Source: Paraspadella gotoi (lineage: Eukaryota > Animalia > Chaetognatha). Taken from it: a stretch of DNA of 64,000 nt. A model generated the notes under the pieces. That model did not search any database. It saw only the letters and a list, made by a program, of their open reading frames with translations, and was not told the origin of the DNA. Shown in pieces: positions 37,201 to 51,171 of this stretch. Every line of letters starts with the position of its first letter. Within the stretch, counting starts at the first letter, position 1. Made by a program: the position numbers and the translations under genes. The stretch lies in the NCBI GenBank assembly GCA_051294375.1, contig CM119265.1:6457489-6521488 (forward strand), given 5' to 3'.

Positions 37201-40200
37201 AAAGACTCTTTTTCCGAAATATAATTGTCCCCGCCAACGTTGAAACGAGTGAGCTTTCGCTCAGTGACTTCCAGCCATTCGATTATTCGGGCTTCTTTTA
37301 CGAAGAATTGTTTGTGCATTTCCAACTTTTCGATCGAGAACTATCCAAAAATACGGATTAAAAATTACAGTACAAAGCTTTAACTTTTATCCATAGAAAA
37401 AAAAATTGTTTTGATTAAATTTTACCGTTCTAATTTCGATAAGGCTATTCCAATCGGCTTCTAAATCAGCCAAATTTTGATTTATCTTTGAACTTAGCAT
37501 TTCTTCCCGCTCCATGATTTTCATTGATTGCTTGATTTTCTCAAAAGCAAAACGAAACTGGGACTCCACCGAGTCAAAATGCTCAATTTCTTCAATCCCA
37601 TTTTCTATCCATCGGATTGTTTCCTAAAAAATTCACATATTAGTCTTTTAAAAAATGGCATGATTAAAAAATTAAAAGTTTATATTAAGACATTAATTAA
37701 GAATAAGATGAACATATTTACCAGCTTATCTGAAAGTTGAAAATTATATTCTTCGATTTCCGAAATTTTCTTATTAATGTATTGACGATGCTTATGAATT
37801 AACAAACGACAAGTTTCAAATTCTTTTTCCAGTTGTTTTATGATAACCACAAATTTTTCCCACCACGCAGTGACATTAATAACGTGGGCAAGCAAAGCCT
37901 GAGAGATGAAAAAACCGTCTAAATTTAAAAAAAAAAATACATAGTAAGAGGGATGGAGGCCCTAACCCACCATAGCATAGCCTGTTCAAAGATAGCTTCT
38001 TTATTAAATGAATAGATAATTTTTATCATTCTTATCATTAACTGATTTTTTAGTCAGTCTCTTGGAATGAATAATGCGACTTCTCTCTCCCTTTCTTTTC
38101 AACCAAGTCAAACGGCGCCGGTACTTTCCTATTTCTCCCTTTCAGTTTAAATAAATACCTCATGCCTTATAACGAATTCGTTCGCCGAATGAACAAGTCG
38201 AGTTTGATGGCCGGTTTGGCTGAGTTGACGAGCAATTTTGAGAGTGCATTCAAATTCGCTCTTCTTTAATTCAACTTCCATTTTAATTTGCCCAATCGAC
38301 CTTAAAGTTTCTTCACAACTGTCTTCGTGAGCTTGATAGAAAGAATTGTAAAAGTTACGTCAGTTATTCTACCAAATTAAAATCTACTGTATGATAAGCT
38401 TTCAAAATAAATTTTACCATTTTACCAATCGTGACGCGAGTATTCGTTTAATTTAAGTGAAAGACGCCTCTTGAATCTAGTAAATAAATTACCTTCTTTA
38501 CAAAGATCGTCCAGACGTTCTCGAGTATACGAAAGCCACCGCTCCATTTCAACTCGATACAGATCCCATTGGGTCCATAGTTGAATAGTTTCTTTTAGTT
38601 CCCCCAAACTCATGTCCAAAGTGATTCTGTATTCATCAAATTTTTTGCCATATTCCAATTGTTCTTGCTGAAGCATTCGGTTACCTTCAGGAGATGTTTG
38701 AGAGCCAACCACATTTTCTGAATTTTCGCGAATCTGCCAAAATTTGTTAAATGTCGAAATATACGTCTTAATAAAAACGGAATGCCAATATTAATTTTAC
38801 CTGGTTGAGCATCAGTTCCCCTTCGCTTGTACCTCTGTGAAGCACTTCCACCTTTTCAAGGGCATCAGCCGCTTCTTTTGGTCCCAAAAACATTAACCCA
38901 TTTAACTGAGCTAACGATTTTTTACAAGCTTCGAGCCAATCGAAATACGAATGAACGAGCTCACTTAACTGCGTATGAAACTTTACGTGTTGAGAGCATT
39001 CATCTTAAAGACGAGAAAATGAAAAAAAAAAAGGTTAACAAATATTAAATCAACAACATATTGAGCAATAAACTTACCCACTCTTTGTCCTGCCAAAGAA
39101 AGGAGGTTATCGTAACGAAAACGCAACGCTTGACCATGTGATACCGAGTCTGCGTCTACGACACGTTTGACGAGGTCATCGACGATGCTCTCGTGATCGA
39201 CTGCATTGTGATGAAACTCTTTTAACCTTTCCATCTGCAAAATCTTTTGGCTCAAGTTGTCTTGTAGTTTCAAAAATGGAGTAAAAATTTTCTCCATGTC
39301 CTCAAACCACTAAAAGAAAATGGTATAAATAACAAATAAATTCCACGTATAAGGTAAGAACGTAGATTGTTCAAACGCACCTGATTTAATGTTGTAATGC
39401 TCTCCATGACTGATTTCCACTTCAAGAGAGAAAAATCTAATTCTTTTTGACCAACCGTGAGGAGGTTTAGATAAATTTCCCACTCGGTTTGTAACCTGAT
39501 TGTATAAAAGCCGATCAATACGTAGAAACAGCGAAACAAGTTCTGATGAACCCTGACTTACTTTCGGATTTTTTCCTTAATTTGGATCCGTCCCTCCGGA
39601 CTAGTTTCGGCATTAAGTGCCTCACCCGATGCGCTGGTGGCGCGAACACGACGTCGCCCTTCTTCTGTTTCTCTGAGAAGGCGCTGAATTTCGTCGCGTG
39701 TCGTCTCAAGAAAGGCGCGATCTCCTTGGGTTCTGAGGCAATAAAATAAAGTATGAGGAACAATTTTTAAACCGCAGGCAACCTCATAAAATACATGACA
39801 TGTTATGTTTCAGCGCATTTTTAAATCAACAGGGGGGGGCTTGTGTTCTGGAGCCAGTATTTGGAACGATAGTTTATGAAAGAGGAAGCATGAACAAATG
39901 TGAATAAAAAGCCGGCCAAACTCCGCCCAGGAAGTGAGTTGGAAAAAAAGGGTGGTAAGAAAAGAGGGGTTATATGAGTAAATATAGTAAGTATATTTTG
40001 CGTTATTCCTAATTCATTTTGAATGGAGTTGCAGTCCTGGGTCACATCTCCTAAAGCAAATCGTTTCTGAACCAGATAAATAAAAATCACTATTAAAAGA
40101 CAAAAGTTAATTTTTACCTGGCAGTAAGATTTTGAATAAACGATCTGAGATCGGATATCCAATTCAGTGTATCATCGTATTCATTTTCAAAATCGTAATG

Positions 40201-42580
40201 TTCATTGACGATCCTGTTTACTATGTCAATCTTCGCTTTGGATGTCCGTTCCAGGCTGTAATAACGTTCAGCGATAAAGCTAACGGATTCGGATGCCTGA
40301 ATTACGAAATAATTGGTAATTACTAACAAAAATCCTCACGAAATTTTTTTTCACCAATGGTAGCAAAAGCGCAATCTTCGCTAGTCACAAAGATTTAAAA
40401 GATATAATAGGTGATGGAGCTAAGCGAATCACTAATATAGCATATTAGTCGCAGAGTAAATTATAAATTGGTTACGGATTATTATCATGGCAAAATATGT
40501 ATCCCCCTCAGCACATTCAACCTTTAAACAACAAAGGTTAACTTGACCACTTAAAGGGTCTACTAATGACAAACTATTTGTGACTTTTTTTTTTTAGAAT
40601 TAGAATCTTAACAACCTTACACTAGTGAACTAATAGCAGTAATAATTATATTAGTACTCTACGGCTGAAAAAGCTCATGTCCTTGGCGATGAATGCTTCA
40701 CCCCCACAGCCATAATTCATCACCAGTGACGCGTAGCCGTGAAGATACTAAGTCAATCTTCTTTATATGATATAATTGTGCTTTGATAATATTTTAAATT
40801 TTGATTAATCAAAAAGAAAATCTCTCTCCACAATCAAAAGCTAATTTTAGATGGCTTACTCACGGAGCGTTTGAATTTTGTTTTAAATTCTAATATTTTA
40901 ACTGAAAGAATACTTAAAATTTTATAAGGACAATTGAAGCATAAAAAAAAAACCAAATTGACGATTTGATGAGATCAATAAGAAGAAAGTGAAGTGATTT
41001 TTTTTCAAACAGAAAAAAAAATTTTCATGCAGAATTCTGATTTTAACCAACGATTCCTACACCTTCTCACGACGGTCAGCAGGGAGAGTGTCCAGAAATT
41101 GTTGTAACTTATCGATCTCATAAGTTCTTGTAACTATATCGTAATCAATTTCTCGGAATCTGTCCAATTGATCGTTTTTGGCTTCAAGATCCGAACGTAA
41201 GCCATCGTTTTCTCGGAGAGATTCCTCAATTGAAGGAATCCACCTAAAAAAATAAGACGATTGAACCTGTGATTTCAATACTTTAAGCATAATGTTATGT
41301 TCGTTTACTTGGATAGTTCGTTGTAGGCATCGTCAAAATTTTTCCAACGCGATTGACATTCAATCAATCTCGTTTGAGCCTCTGAAGCTGACCAGTCGCC
41401 AGCACCGAGTAGGCTATTTTCACCCTGATAACACAAATCAAACAAGTAATTTTGCTTATCCCATAGACTAACAGTCCCTGCAAAGTCCCTGCCAATAACG
41501 GCATTCCTGGAGATCAATACGCTCTGGAGGCATATGGAAAACGAAGAACAAGGTTTTTCTTAAAGAATTATCGGAAAAAGAAGAGGAACACAAAGAAACG
41601 TAACGGAAGAGGATAATTTTACAGAAAAAAAAATTTGAGGAATTCAGATATCATAATTTTTTAATATTAATTATTTTTGTTATATATTTAGGTAAAAATT
41701 AAAATTACAATAAATTATGGTTAAGAATAAATTAAAAATGAATTAGGGTTAAAAATAGGTTAGGGGTAAGTTAGGGTTAGGGGTAAGTTAGGGTTAGGGG
41801 TAAGTTAGGGTTAGGGGTAAATTAAGGTTAGGGGTAAGTTAAGGTTAGGGGTAAGTTAAGATTTAAAATTGTTTCAGCTTTTCAAAAAATATTTTAATAA
41901 TAATAAATTTTAAAAAAATATAATAATAATATTTATAAAATAACAGTTTATTTATGATTACAAAGATCATTTAAGAATTCGGAGAGAGAGGTTAAAATTG
42001 CCCCTCTATCTCTCGCTTTCTCTCAAAATTAATATCCAAATATTTTTCAAAACTATCAAAACTGGCTGATGAAAGTTCAAAGAACAAAAACCAAAACATG
42101 TCTGAATTATTCAATGATTGTTGCAATCACAAATAAAAACTCTGTTACTTTATAAATATTTATCAAAGGCAACGAAAAAAAACAACCTATAATTACTAAT
42201 ATTTAAAAAAAAGAAATCCTTCGCCCGTGAAGCTTATCAACGTTTTTAAAATCATTGTTGTTACGGACTTAAATATTCTTTTCCGTAAAGAAACAAACTT
42301 TATTTTTTCATCTTCTTTCTCTTCGTTTTCCCATTAGCCGATATATATATCACGATTCGCGAGTCTGGATCTAACATCCAGAGCGTATTCAACTCCGGGA
42401 TCGCCCTCTAAAACTAATTGGCTGGACACCCGCCGTTCTTTATTCACTTAAAAGTTCAACTAATAGTTCATGTTTCCGAAATTTGAAATATACCTGCGTA
42501 AACACATTTTCTTGTGTTCTTCCAGGAGACGAACTCCTTGAAGACCCTCTGCTTGTTGAAGTCTTCAACGGTGACAGCAT
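25297..42580 (-). CDS. Spectrin-repeat KASH-domain outer nuclear membrane protein (nesprin/ANC-1/MSP-300-like), ~24 exons with a giant last exon 31537-25297
   Basis: C-terminal TM plus luminal tail WFLLLIPFILFLFIYARREPAYACTVTKNNFAYSIRPALSHPNGPPPI* is a KASH domain. Upstream exons are spectrin-repeat-like (QTSPEGNRMLQQE, ETSPEGRIQIKEK, IIEWLEVTERKL). Candidate first exon 42580-42494 joins 41523 in phase 0. Frameshifts inside the repeat array. Confidence 0.85.
27240..31340 (-). repeat. Coding tandem array of ~33-39 bp units encoding (A)AEEEAEKERLRI
   Basis: Unit gcaatgcgcagacgctccttttctgcttcctcttctgcc repeats across ~3.5 kb, with degenerate ITEGEAEKERQR units at 27240-27470. Confidence 0.97.
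33470..33560 (-). mobile_element. Possible tRNA-derived SINE head in a KASH-gene intron
   Basis: GC-rich island with degenerate A box (TGGTGCGGGAGG) and B box (GGTTTTAGCCC) at tRNA-like spacing. Confidence 0.3.
35546..35982. mobile_element. Tc1/mariner-type MITE
   Basis: TA-CAGTCATGTGCAAAAAAATCACGCCACTTTA at the left end; the right end reverse-complements to CACCCATGTGCAAAA..ACGCATCACTTTA; AT-rich interior. Confidence 0.6.
41757..41860 (+). repeat. 17-bp minisatellite (gttagggttaggggtaa) x ~6 containing TTAGGG
   Basis: Directly visible tandem array. Confidence 0.9.
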
Positions 42581-43479
42581 ATTTAATCAGATAAACCTTT
42601 CATCTTCACACTCAAGTCTGTCTCAAAACCTTTTTTTAAAAACTTTTCAAATTAATGCGAGGAACATTAAAACTTAGCAAGTCAAGCAAGCAAATTATAA
42701 GCATGTAATAATAATTTTTTCACAGTAATTATCTTCAAAACTACAAATTTATCAAGCAGTAATCCAAACTGCTAATTATTCTCTAAAGAAAGGTTATTTT
42801 TTTCATTATTACAAGCTTTCGGCATCTTTAACCAATGATTATCAAAACGAGGTTGTTTATTTTGGTTTCAAATAGACACCGCATGAAGGCGACAGTTTTC
42901 AAAAGTTTAATTCAAACAAATTATTAAAATTTAATTTTATTATTATTTATTAAAAATTATAATTACATTTTTAATTGATAATAAATTTACTCAACCCTTA
43001 AACCCTCTCAACCTTAATTACCTCTAATACTAAATTATTTTTAAACCTTATATTATAATAAAATTTGTTTTAAAAATTTATTTTTTTTAAATTTAGCTTC
43101 CAGCCTCAGAGCTTTTTATTGTTTGTCAAATATTAAATATCAAAATTTTTAAATTGTATTTATATTATTATTAAGATTAAATATAAAATTTAATAAAATT
43201 CAATCAGGTAATTTCGTAAGAACAGATTCTGGTTATATAAAATAAGTATTTTATTTTATAACATAAAACCTTTGATATATAATAAAAAAATTATTTTAAA
43301 AATTATATTTATATATTTAATATTTTATTTTATGAAATTGGTACAACCAATATAAAAATTATCCATCCATTTAATAAATAAGCTATCTTGTCTTTGACTT
43401 TAGACAAGCTTTGGTGGTTTAAAGCCTCCATCTATAATTTTTATTTAATTCATACTCAGCTATGCTTATGGATTCGATG

Positions 43480-43900
43480 CGGTGTTCGCCTCGGCGGCGG
43501 CGGCGTCGTCGTCGTCGACGTCGCCGCAGCCTTGAATCGAAATTTGCAATGAAGAGATACAACCAATTCGAGAACGATGACTCATTCATTTCTTCTTTCC
43601 TTCTCTTTGTAGCTCCTCCCTTTCTCCGCCGCTCTCCGCCGCTCCACCGCGACGTTACCGCCGCAGCCACCCGCCTTTAATTTTAGTTGGGTCCTCTTCG
43701 CGGCTGCTGCGGCCGCGTAGCTGAGAGTCGAGGTTTTAAATAAAGCTGAGGAAATGAGAGGGCGAACGCCGCAGCCGAATCGATCCCAGCAGAAAGAGCG
43801 AGATAGAGAGCGAGAGCTTCCCTTCGAATTCCTCGAGAGCGTCATCCAAACATTTCCTTACTTGGGCATATATCTCTTCCTCACCTTCCGTCGACCCGGG
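43480..43900. promoter_or_regulatory. GC/CpG-rich putative promoter/5' UTR between the divergent KASH gene and alpha-catenin
   Basis: (CGG/CGT)n run at ~43492-43527 and GA repeats in otherwise very AT-rich DNA, just upstream of the ATG at 44004. Confidence 0.4.
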
Positions 43901-44003
43901 AGCACCGCTGTTAATTTAGTTTTAAATGAAACCGTCGGCCATTTCTCAGAGTGAAACGGAAAAACGGAAGCAACGAGGCCTTCAAGAACTTTGACAAAGA
44001 AGA

Positions 44004-47000
44004 ATGTCTGTCAACACGCAAGGGATTACCCTAAAATGGGATCCAAAGAATTTGGAGATACGGACAAAATCGGTTGAGAAAACCCTGGAGCCACTCGTTA
44101 CACAGGTATACTTTGCATAATTGGTACTAAAAATGGTCAATCGCTTTGATATTAAGTATCTACTTTTTAATTTGGAATAATCTACAGGTGACGACTCTTG
44201 TAAATACGAAAGGCCCATCTCAGAAAAAAAAAGGCCGATCAAAGAAAGCTCAAGTGCTCGTCGCGGCCGTCACAAAATCAGTCGAGCACTTTATTCTGAA
44301 AGGGGAGGAAATTGCACACGAAAACCCAGAAATCAAAAATGAAATGCTCGCGGCTGTCGAGGAGGTCAGGAAGACTGGTAAGTAAATTCCTTCTCGCCAA
44401 TCTGGCGTTTTTAAATTTAATTTTGCTGTGGTTTTGTACATAAGTGGCGTCGTCGTCGTCCCAAATTTTAGATTGCCTTTTTCATGATTAAATTTGGGTG
44501 TATGAAGCTGAAAATTTAGATACAGCTTCTCATCATCGATGTCCTTAAATTTGGGTCAGGACAGTTATTAAATATGTTTTGTTTACGTTTTATCAAAACA
44601 AACAAATATCCTCTATTTTTATTCTCCTTCTCTCTCTCTTTTCTCTTTAATTATATGTAGCTATCTCTTCTCTTTTCCCCAGTGCTGATTCATCGGGAAA
44701 AAAAAGAGTCTGCAGCTGGCTCTGCAGAGGCTCTTCCTTTTTCTCTCTTTTCTCCTGCTGCTTCTGCCTTTTGATTTCTTTCTTTTTGTCTGGCTGACTC
44801 TGCTGCTATCGCTGCTGATTTATCCGAAAACTATTTGGCTTCTCTCTCTCTCTCTCTTTCATCGCGTTCGTGCATGTTATCATTTTGCTATTGCAACATC
44901 GGGTTTTTATTTTTATTTTTTTCAGGGGCTGCGTCTGCTGATCAGTTTATTTTTTGACAATGAAATTTTTTTTTTCTTCAGAAACTGTAACTTTAATTTC
45001 CTCGGTACTTTATTTTTTTTTTAATTGACAATCGCAAAATAGAATTTTTTATTCTGTTTATAAATTAATTTTCTTTTCTCAAATTTTATTTTTTTTAGTA
45101 TCAAAATTTGTCGTCAATCCATATTTTTCTTATGCGATTGCTACGATCCTTATGCTTTTTAGATTTATTATCATGCAATTAATTTTCTTTCTCCAACTGG
45201 ATCTGAACGTTCTCTCATGTGTTCTTGATTTCATTTACCTATTATTTTATCTCTTTTCACTGTCCTTTACACATGTCATCTTTTCGCAATATAAATTCTA
45301 AGCTTCATCCATTTAATATCTTTAGGCGAAACGATGCGCTCAGCCTCGCAAGATTTCGCCGACGATCCCTGTTCCTCCGTCAAGCGCGGGACGATGGTCC
45401 GAGCAGCGCGTGCCTTACTTTCCGCTGTGACGAGACTGTTGATATTGGCGGGTAAGATCGTTACTTGTATCTCTGTTATAAAAGAGCATCTGAGTTGTAG
45501 ATGGTAGTCCGGACTTTACATTGTCACCGAGTCAATCATTAACATTGATTACCTACTCATATTTAACTCGTTGACGACAGACATGGTGGACGTTCACCTC
45601 CTACTGAAGAGTCTGCGCGTGGTCGAGGACGACGTGGAAAGGATCAAGGGAGCGACGACGCAGGAGGACGTCATCCAATCCTTTAAAGAATTCGGAAAGA
45701 GCGTCATTGATTTGGTCAATCACGCCGCCAAACGACAAGTCTGTGCCGGAGGCTTTGATGATTCGTAGCATCGGACATAAATGTTTGAACCGTTTTGTTT
45801 TCTGAACAGAACGACCTGAAAGACCCTCGCCGCCGTGATGACTTGGCCTCCGCGCGCGCCACCCTCAAGAAAAACTCCATGATGCTCTTGACGACCTCCA
45901 AGACGTATGTGCGTCATCCGGAGTTACCCGCGGCAAAGTCCAACCGAGACTACGTCCTTGGCGAAGTCACTGACGCCGTCAATATAATTTCCAATGTGGC
46001 GCAATCAACCGGTAGGGGAAAAGTCAATATTTTATTTTATCCTATTACAGGGATGGGCACGATAAAATAATAATTTTTCGAGATAGGGTAGAGTATTTTT
46101 TTAATTAAGTCTCTTCGGTGTCATGGGTTTGAATCGCACCGCTGCCACCACGTTGACATTTTGTCAAATAACGAAGGTAAATAATAACTGAAGGCAAGTA
46201 TCAGGTTGACAAGTTTTAATCACGACGGACAATGATTAATGACAATATAAACAATTCAATAATTATTTGAAGAACAGTTGTTTCTTCAGTTTGGATGTTG
46301 AGGAGAGTCTCTCGAGATCCCTCGGCAGTCTCGGCCGTTGACTCCTTCGTCTCTCCATCGGTCATTGGTCGGTCTAAGGTTGAAATAAGGTCTGTGATTG
46401 AACCATCATGGTTGATATTCCAGGAGTGTCCGAGGTTCACCCCTACGAGGGCGCTGGCGAATTGGCTTTGGCGCTTTCCGAATTCGACGAGCAGATTATC
46501 ATGGAACCTTCATCGTACAGCGAAGTCCGCATGCGACCCATGCTGGAGGAGCGTCTCGAGTCGATTATATCCGGCGCCGCGTTGATGGCCGACTCTTCGT
46601 GTACGAGAGACGAGCGCCGCGAACGCATCGTCGCTGAATGCAACGCCGTCAGACAGGCACTCCAGGTAAGTAGAACGTCCTCCGAAGTCTCCGTTACACT
46701 TGATTAAAAACATTAAATCTTTTTTGTAACTGGGAATCTCGATCCTACTCAGGATCTGCTTAGCGAATATATGAACAACGCTCACGGTCGTCGCGACGAG
46801 GAAGGTTTGAACTCTGCCATCGATCAAATGGCTCGTAAGACGCGGGATCTGCGTCGCCAACTCCGAAAGGTTCGCTATCGTATATATCGCTCTCTATATC
46901 TGAAACATTGGCGAGACATCTTTTTTTTTTTTATCGGAAATCATTTATTTTGGGTAGGCTGTGGTGGACCACGTGTCCGACACGTTCCTCGAAACAAATG

Positions 47001-50000
47001 TACCCCTTTTGGTCCTCATCGAAGCCGCGAAAAACGGGCACGAGGGCGAAGTAGAGGAGTACGCTCAGGTCTTTACCGAGCACGCCAATAAGCTGGTCGA
47101 GGTGGCAAACCTCGCCTGCTCCATGTCAGACAATGAGGAGGGCGTCAAGCTCGTGCGCGTCGCCGCGTCGCAGATCGAGACCCTGTGCCCGCAAGTTATC
47201 AACGCCGCCAGGATACTTGCAGCGAGGCCCAGGTAATCATGAATTTCTTTTACTCGATCAGTAGATGAGCTCTTTCAAAAATTCGAAATTTATGGAAAAG
47301 TGACTTCCCAAGTGAAAGTAAGAGAATGGAGGGTATCAGTATTTAGGGGAGATCAATTAAAAATGTTCCCCATAATTATCTCGTCCTTGTTCGCCTTGCA
47401 ACTAGGAGATGGGAATTTTTTTCTCCACTTTCCTGTGCGAAGAAAAATTAATGACTATCACCATTCGAATTCCTTTAATGATAGACCCTTAAGCTTATGA
47501 TATCATTTTTATCTCTGGGTCCCCTTAAACTTTAAAGCGTAAGACGATTTGTTTTTCTATTACTGATAATCACTCACTCGGTTTTCAACTTTCTTTTTCC
47601 AAGGTCCAAAGTGGCACAAGAAAACATGGATGTCTTCAAAGATGCATGGGAGCGACAGGTCCGCATTTTAACGGAAGCCGTGGACGACATCACGACGATC
47701 GATGACTTTTTGGCCGTGTCCGAGTCCCACATCCTCGAAGATGTCAATAAGTGCGTCTTAGCTCTGCAGGTTATAGATTAAATATTTTTACAAATGATTA
47801 ACTAAAAAAAATTGTTTGCAGTTTTTCGAGTTAATCTTTTATGGCATTTTCTGCAGGAAAAAGACGCTGATACTTTGGATCGTACGGCTGGGGCAATTAG
47901 AGGCCGCTCCTCTAGGGTCTGCAACGTGGTGACGGCAGAGATGGACAATTATGAGCCAGGTATCATTTTATTTTATCAACGTGAAACAAATTATAATCTT
48001 TATAATCTTTAAAAAGGTTTTTAAATTTTACCTTGTATGTATCCGAGTTAGACAGAAAAATAAATTTCACACTTTCTTCAGGCGTCTACACTGAGCGCGT
48101 TTTGGAGGCTGTTCAAACGCTTCGCGATCACGTGATGCCAAACTTTGCGGAGAAGGTGGAGATCGCGGTTGACGCTCTATCGGCGACGCCGATGCGCGAA
48201 ACCGACGAAAATGAGTTCATCGACGCCTCCCGACTCGTCTACGACGGTGTCAGGGACATCAGAAGAGCGGTCCTGATGAATAGAGAGCCGGACGAACTGG
48301 CCGACGAGAGCGACTTGGAGGATGAGTTCGACAAATCCTCCATGTACTCTACCAACACTAACACCGGTAAGGCTCAGCGTTGATTTCGACGTCGACCAAA
48401 AAAGAAATATCATTGATTAATCAATAATCTCTTACTTTTTAGACGATTTTGATTTGCGAAATGTTAACCCCGAAATGGGAGCGAGGACCTTGATGAGACA
48501 TCTACCTGTAGAACACAAGGAAAAAATCCAGATGGAGGCGAGTGAATCGATAGGCGGAGAAAACTGAGCTGGCAGATCGATTCTTGTTTTATTTTTGAAA
48601 TTACATTTGTTTTTATTATTAGGTAGAGGAATTTAAAGTAGAAAGAAGGAAGTTCGACTATGAAGTCGCAAAGTGGGACGACTCTGCCAATGACATCGTT
48701 GTTTTGGCCAAACAGATGTGCATGATAATGATGGAAATGACGGATTTCACTAGGTAAATTTTAAATCTCGACGAAATAATTATTTTTTTATGTAAATATT
48801 TAATTATGTAAATATTTTTAAAAGGGGGGCTGGTCCGCTCAAAACCGCAATGGATGTCATCAATGCTGCCAAAAGAATAAGCGACGCCGGTAGGAACAAT
48901 TGTTTCCAAGAATTAGATGGTTTAGAGACAAATTATAAGACATATGTTATTAACTGTTACGCAAAAAAAGAAGCCACTTTTTTCAAACCGAAAAAAAAAC
49001 GGTATTTAACGAAGATCAAGAAACAAAACGGCTTCTTGAAGATGAAGCGATTGGTCCAAGTCCCATTAAAATACAGCCAAGCGTTTGAAAGTTATAGAAC
49101 GTCAGTCGATTAGTACAAAAATTCTGAAGAAAAAATTAGTTTTAGTCAATAAGTGTATGGCTTTCCATTTTATGATATGTTTATATTATGAATTTGGCTG
49201 AACAAATTCAGCATTGAATATCTGTAAGGATAGGTGTCAACCATTTATAACCTAAATCAAACTATATGAAACAAGTTTGAGCAAACAATGTCGGATCTGC
49301 CCACGATCATTATCGATAATTAATTAATTAATAATTCATGTTAATTATTTAATTAATTTATAATTAATTTATTCAAGGTAATTATTTAATCAATTATGCA
49401 ATTAATTAATTAATTTGATCCAAAATGTTTGTTTTGATTGATTAATTAACTGATTAATTAATTATTGATTAATTAATTGACTAATTGATTAATTAACTGA
49501 TTAATTATTTGATTAATTAATACATCTTGAATTTACATTTAAAATAAAAAGAAAAAGAAGCATAATCAATTCGTGAAACAGGTTCTTTGTTTTTTCCATT
49601 TAAATTCATTTCCACTTAAACGATTCCATCGAAACTTGATTTCCAGTTTAATCACACACATTTCTACCCAAATACAAAATTTCAAGTCAATCGGCCCATC
49701 CATATTGGTGTTCAAATAGTGAAATATATATATATTTTTTTTCATTTAAACTCATTTCCACTCGGACGATTCCATCGAAACTTCATATCCATCTCAATCA
49801 CACACTTCCCTACCCACACACAATATTTCATTCCAATCCTTCCATCCAATAAAAGTAAGGAAAAAGCAGTCGAGTGATAATTTGGCCAAGGTTATTTTCA
49901 AAGCCTTTTCGCATCTTAGTTTTTTCCTTGTGGCATCTCGACTCGAATTGCAGCAAACTAATATAAACTTTCACAATTGTATTAGAGCTAAATTATTTAT

Positions 50001-51171
50001 ATTTTGTCATATAATTACTTTTTGATTTTAATATAATTTAAAAAAAATATTTGTCAGTATTTATTGTTAAAAGTTATTTGGAAGGAATTTTAAAAAAATT
50101 ATAAAAAAATAAAGCAAATTTATTGCCAACCCTTTCATATGTTTACCTCCATTATGACATAATCATAAATTATCTATATTGTAAGCATCAGTCAGTAAAA
50201 GAAGTGTCATCAACGCTAACCTATGGGAATTACTTTTGCCTAATTCCGTTTTGAGACTTTAAAGTATTGCCTTGAACCAAATTAAATTTTTTTGCCCAAT
50301 AGATAGCTCTTTGAAAGAGCTATACTTTTGATATATTTATTCTCAAAATTAAAAAAAGTTTTTTTTTAAAATCTAACTTTTTTTGCCCCGCAGTGTAATT
50401 GTAACCGAGGATCAATCAATGAAAAAATATATAGTAAATTTGATTCTTTGGTTAGGTGATCAATTGGACAAACTTGCGCGTCAAATCGCAGATCAGTGCC
50501 CTGATTCGGCCTCGAAAAAAGATTTAATCGCTTATCTTCAGAGAATCTCGCTTTACACTCACCAGGTATAAAATTGGTATTCGGTAGTTATTCTTGATTG
50601 ATTCTGGTAATCTTTTATCTTAATTCATTTCATACAGCTCAAAATTACATCGAAAGTCAAAGCTGATGTTCAAAATATTTCTGGCGAATTAATAGTGTCT
50701 GGCTTAGATTCGGCCACTTCGCTTATTCAGGTAAAGAATTTTTAGAAGTAAATAAGTTGAAATGACGAAAAGTAAAGTAACCAATGATTTTCTTTTTCCT
50801 TCAGGCGGCAAAAAATCTGATGAATGCCGTTGTACTTACTGTGAAAGCTACTTACGTTGCCTCAACCAAATATACGCGACTTCAAGTAAGAGTTAACATC
50901 AATGTGGCTCCAATTCATGACTTTATTTCTTATGTCATTAGATCTACAAAATCTATATCAAATATGTGCCTAGCTTATCTATTGATTCGTATGATTCATT
51001 ATATAGAAAGACAATGCTCCTGTGGTATTGTGGAAAATGCGAGCTCCGGAGAAGAAACCTCTTGTACGTCGAGAAAAGCCCGAGGAAGCAAAACAGAAGA
51101 TCCGCAAAGGAAGTCAGAAGAAAAAAATGGAACCTGTGAAAGAACTCGCTGACTTTGAGCAGACCTTTTAG
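44004..51171 (+). CDS. CTNNA: Alpha-catenin, ~18 exons
   Basis: MSVNTQGITLKWDPKNLEIRTKSVEKTLEPLVTQVTTLVN..DDPCSSVKRGTMVRAARALLSAVTRLLILAD..VVDHVSDTFLETNVPLL..KWDDSANDIVVLAKQMCMIMMEMTDFTRG..AAKNLMNAVVLTVKA..WKMRAPEKKPLVRRE; TAG at 51169-51171. Confidence 0.97.
49270..49850 (+). mobile_element. HINE-like element copy 2 (3'-truncated) in an alpha-catenin intron
   Basis: Same 5' end as 18424 and shared acgattccatcgaaactt..tcaatcacac blocks. Confidence 0.65.

Noticed and set aside
42335-42600. Alternative-frame small two-exon gene
   Set aside because: No start codon or recognisable family; the other frame gives an in-phase first exon for the KASH gene.
43419-43954. Poly-Arg ORFs
   Set aside because: Produced by a CGG/CGT trinucleotide run in the putative promoter or UTR.
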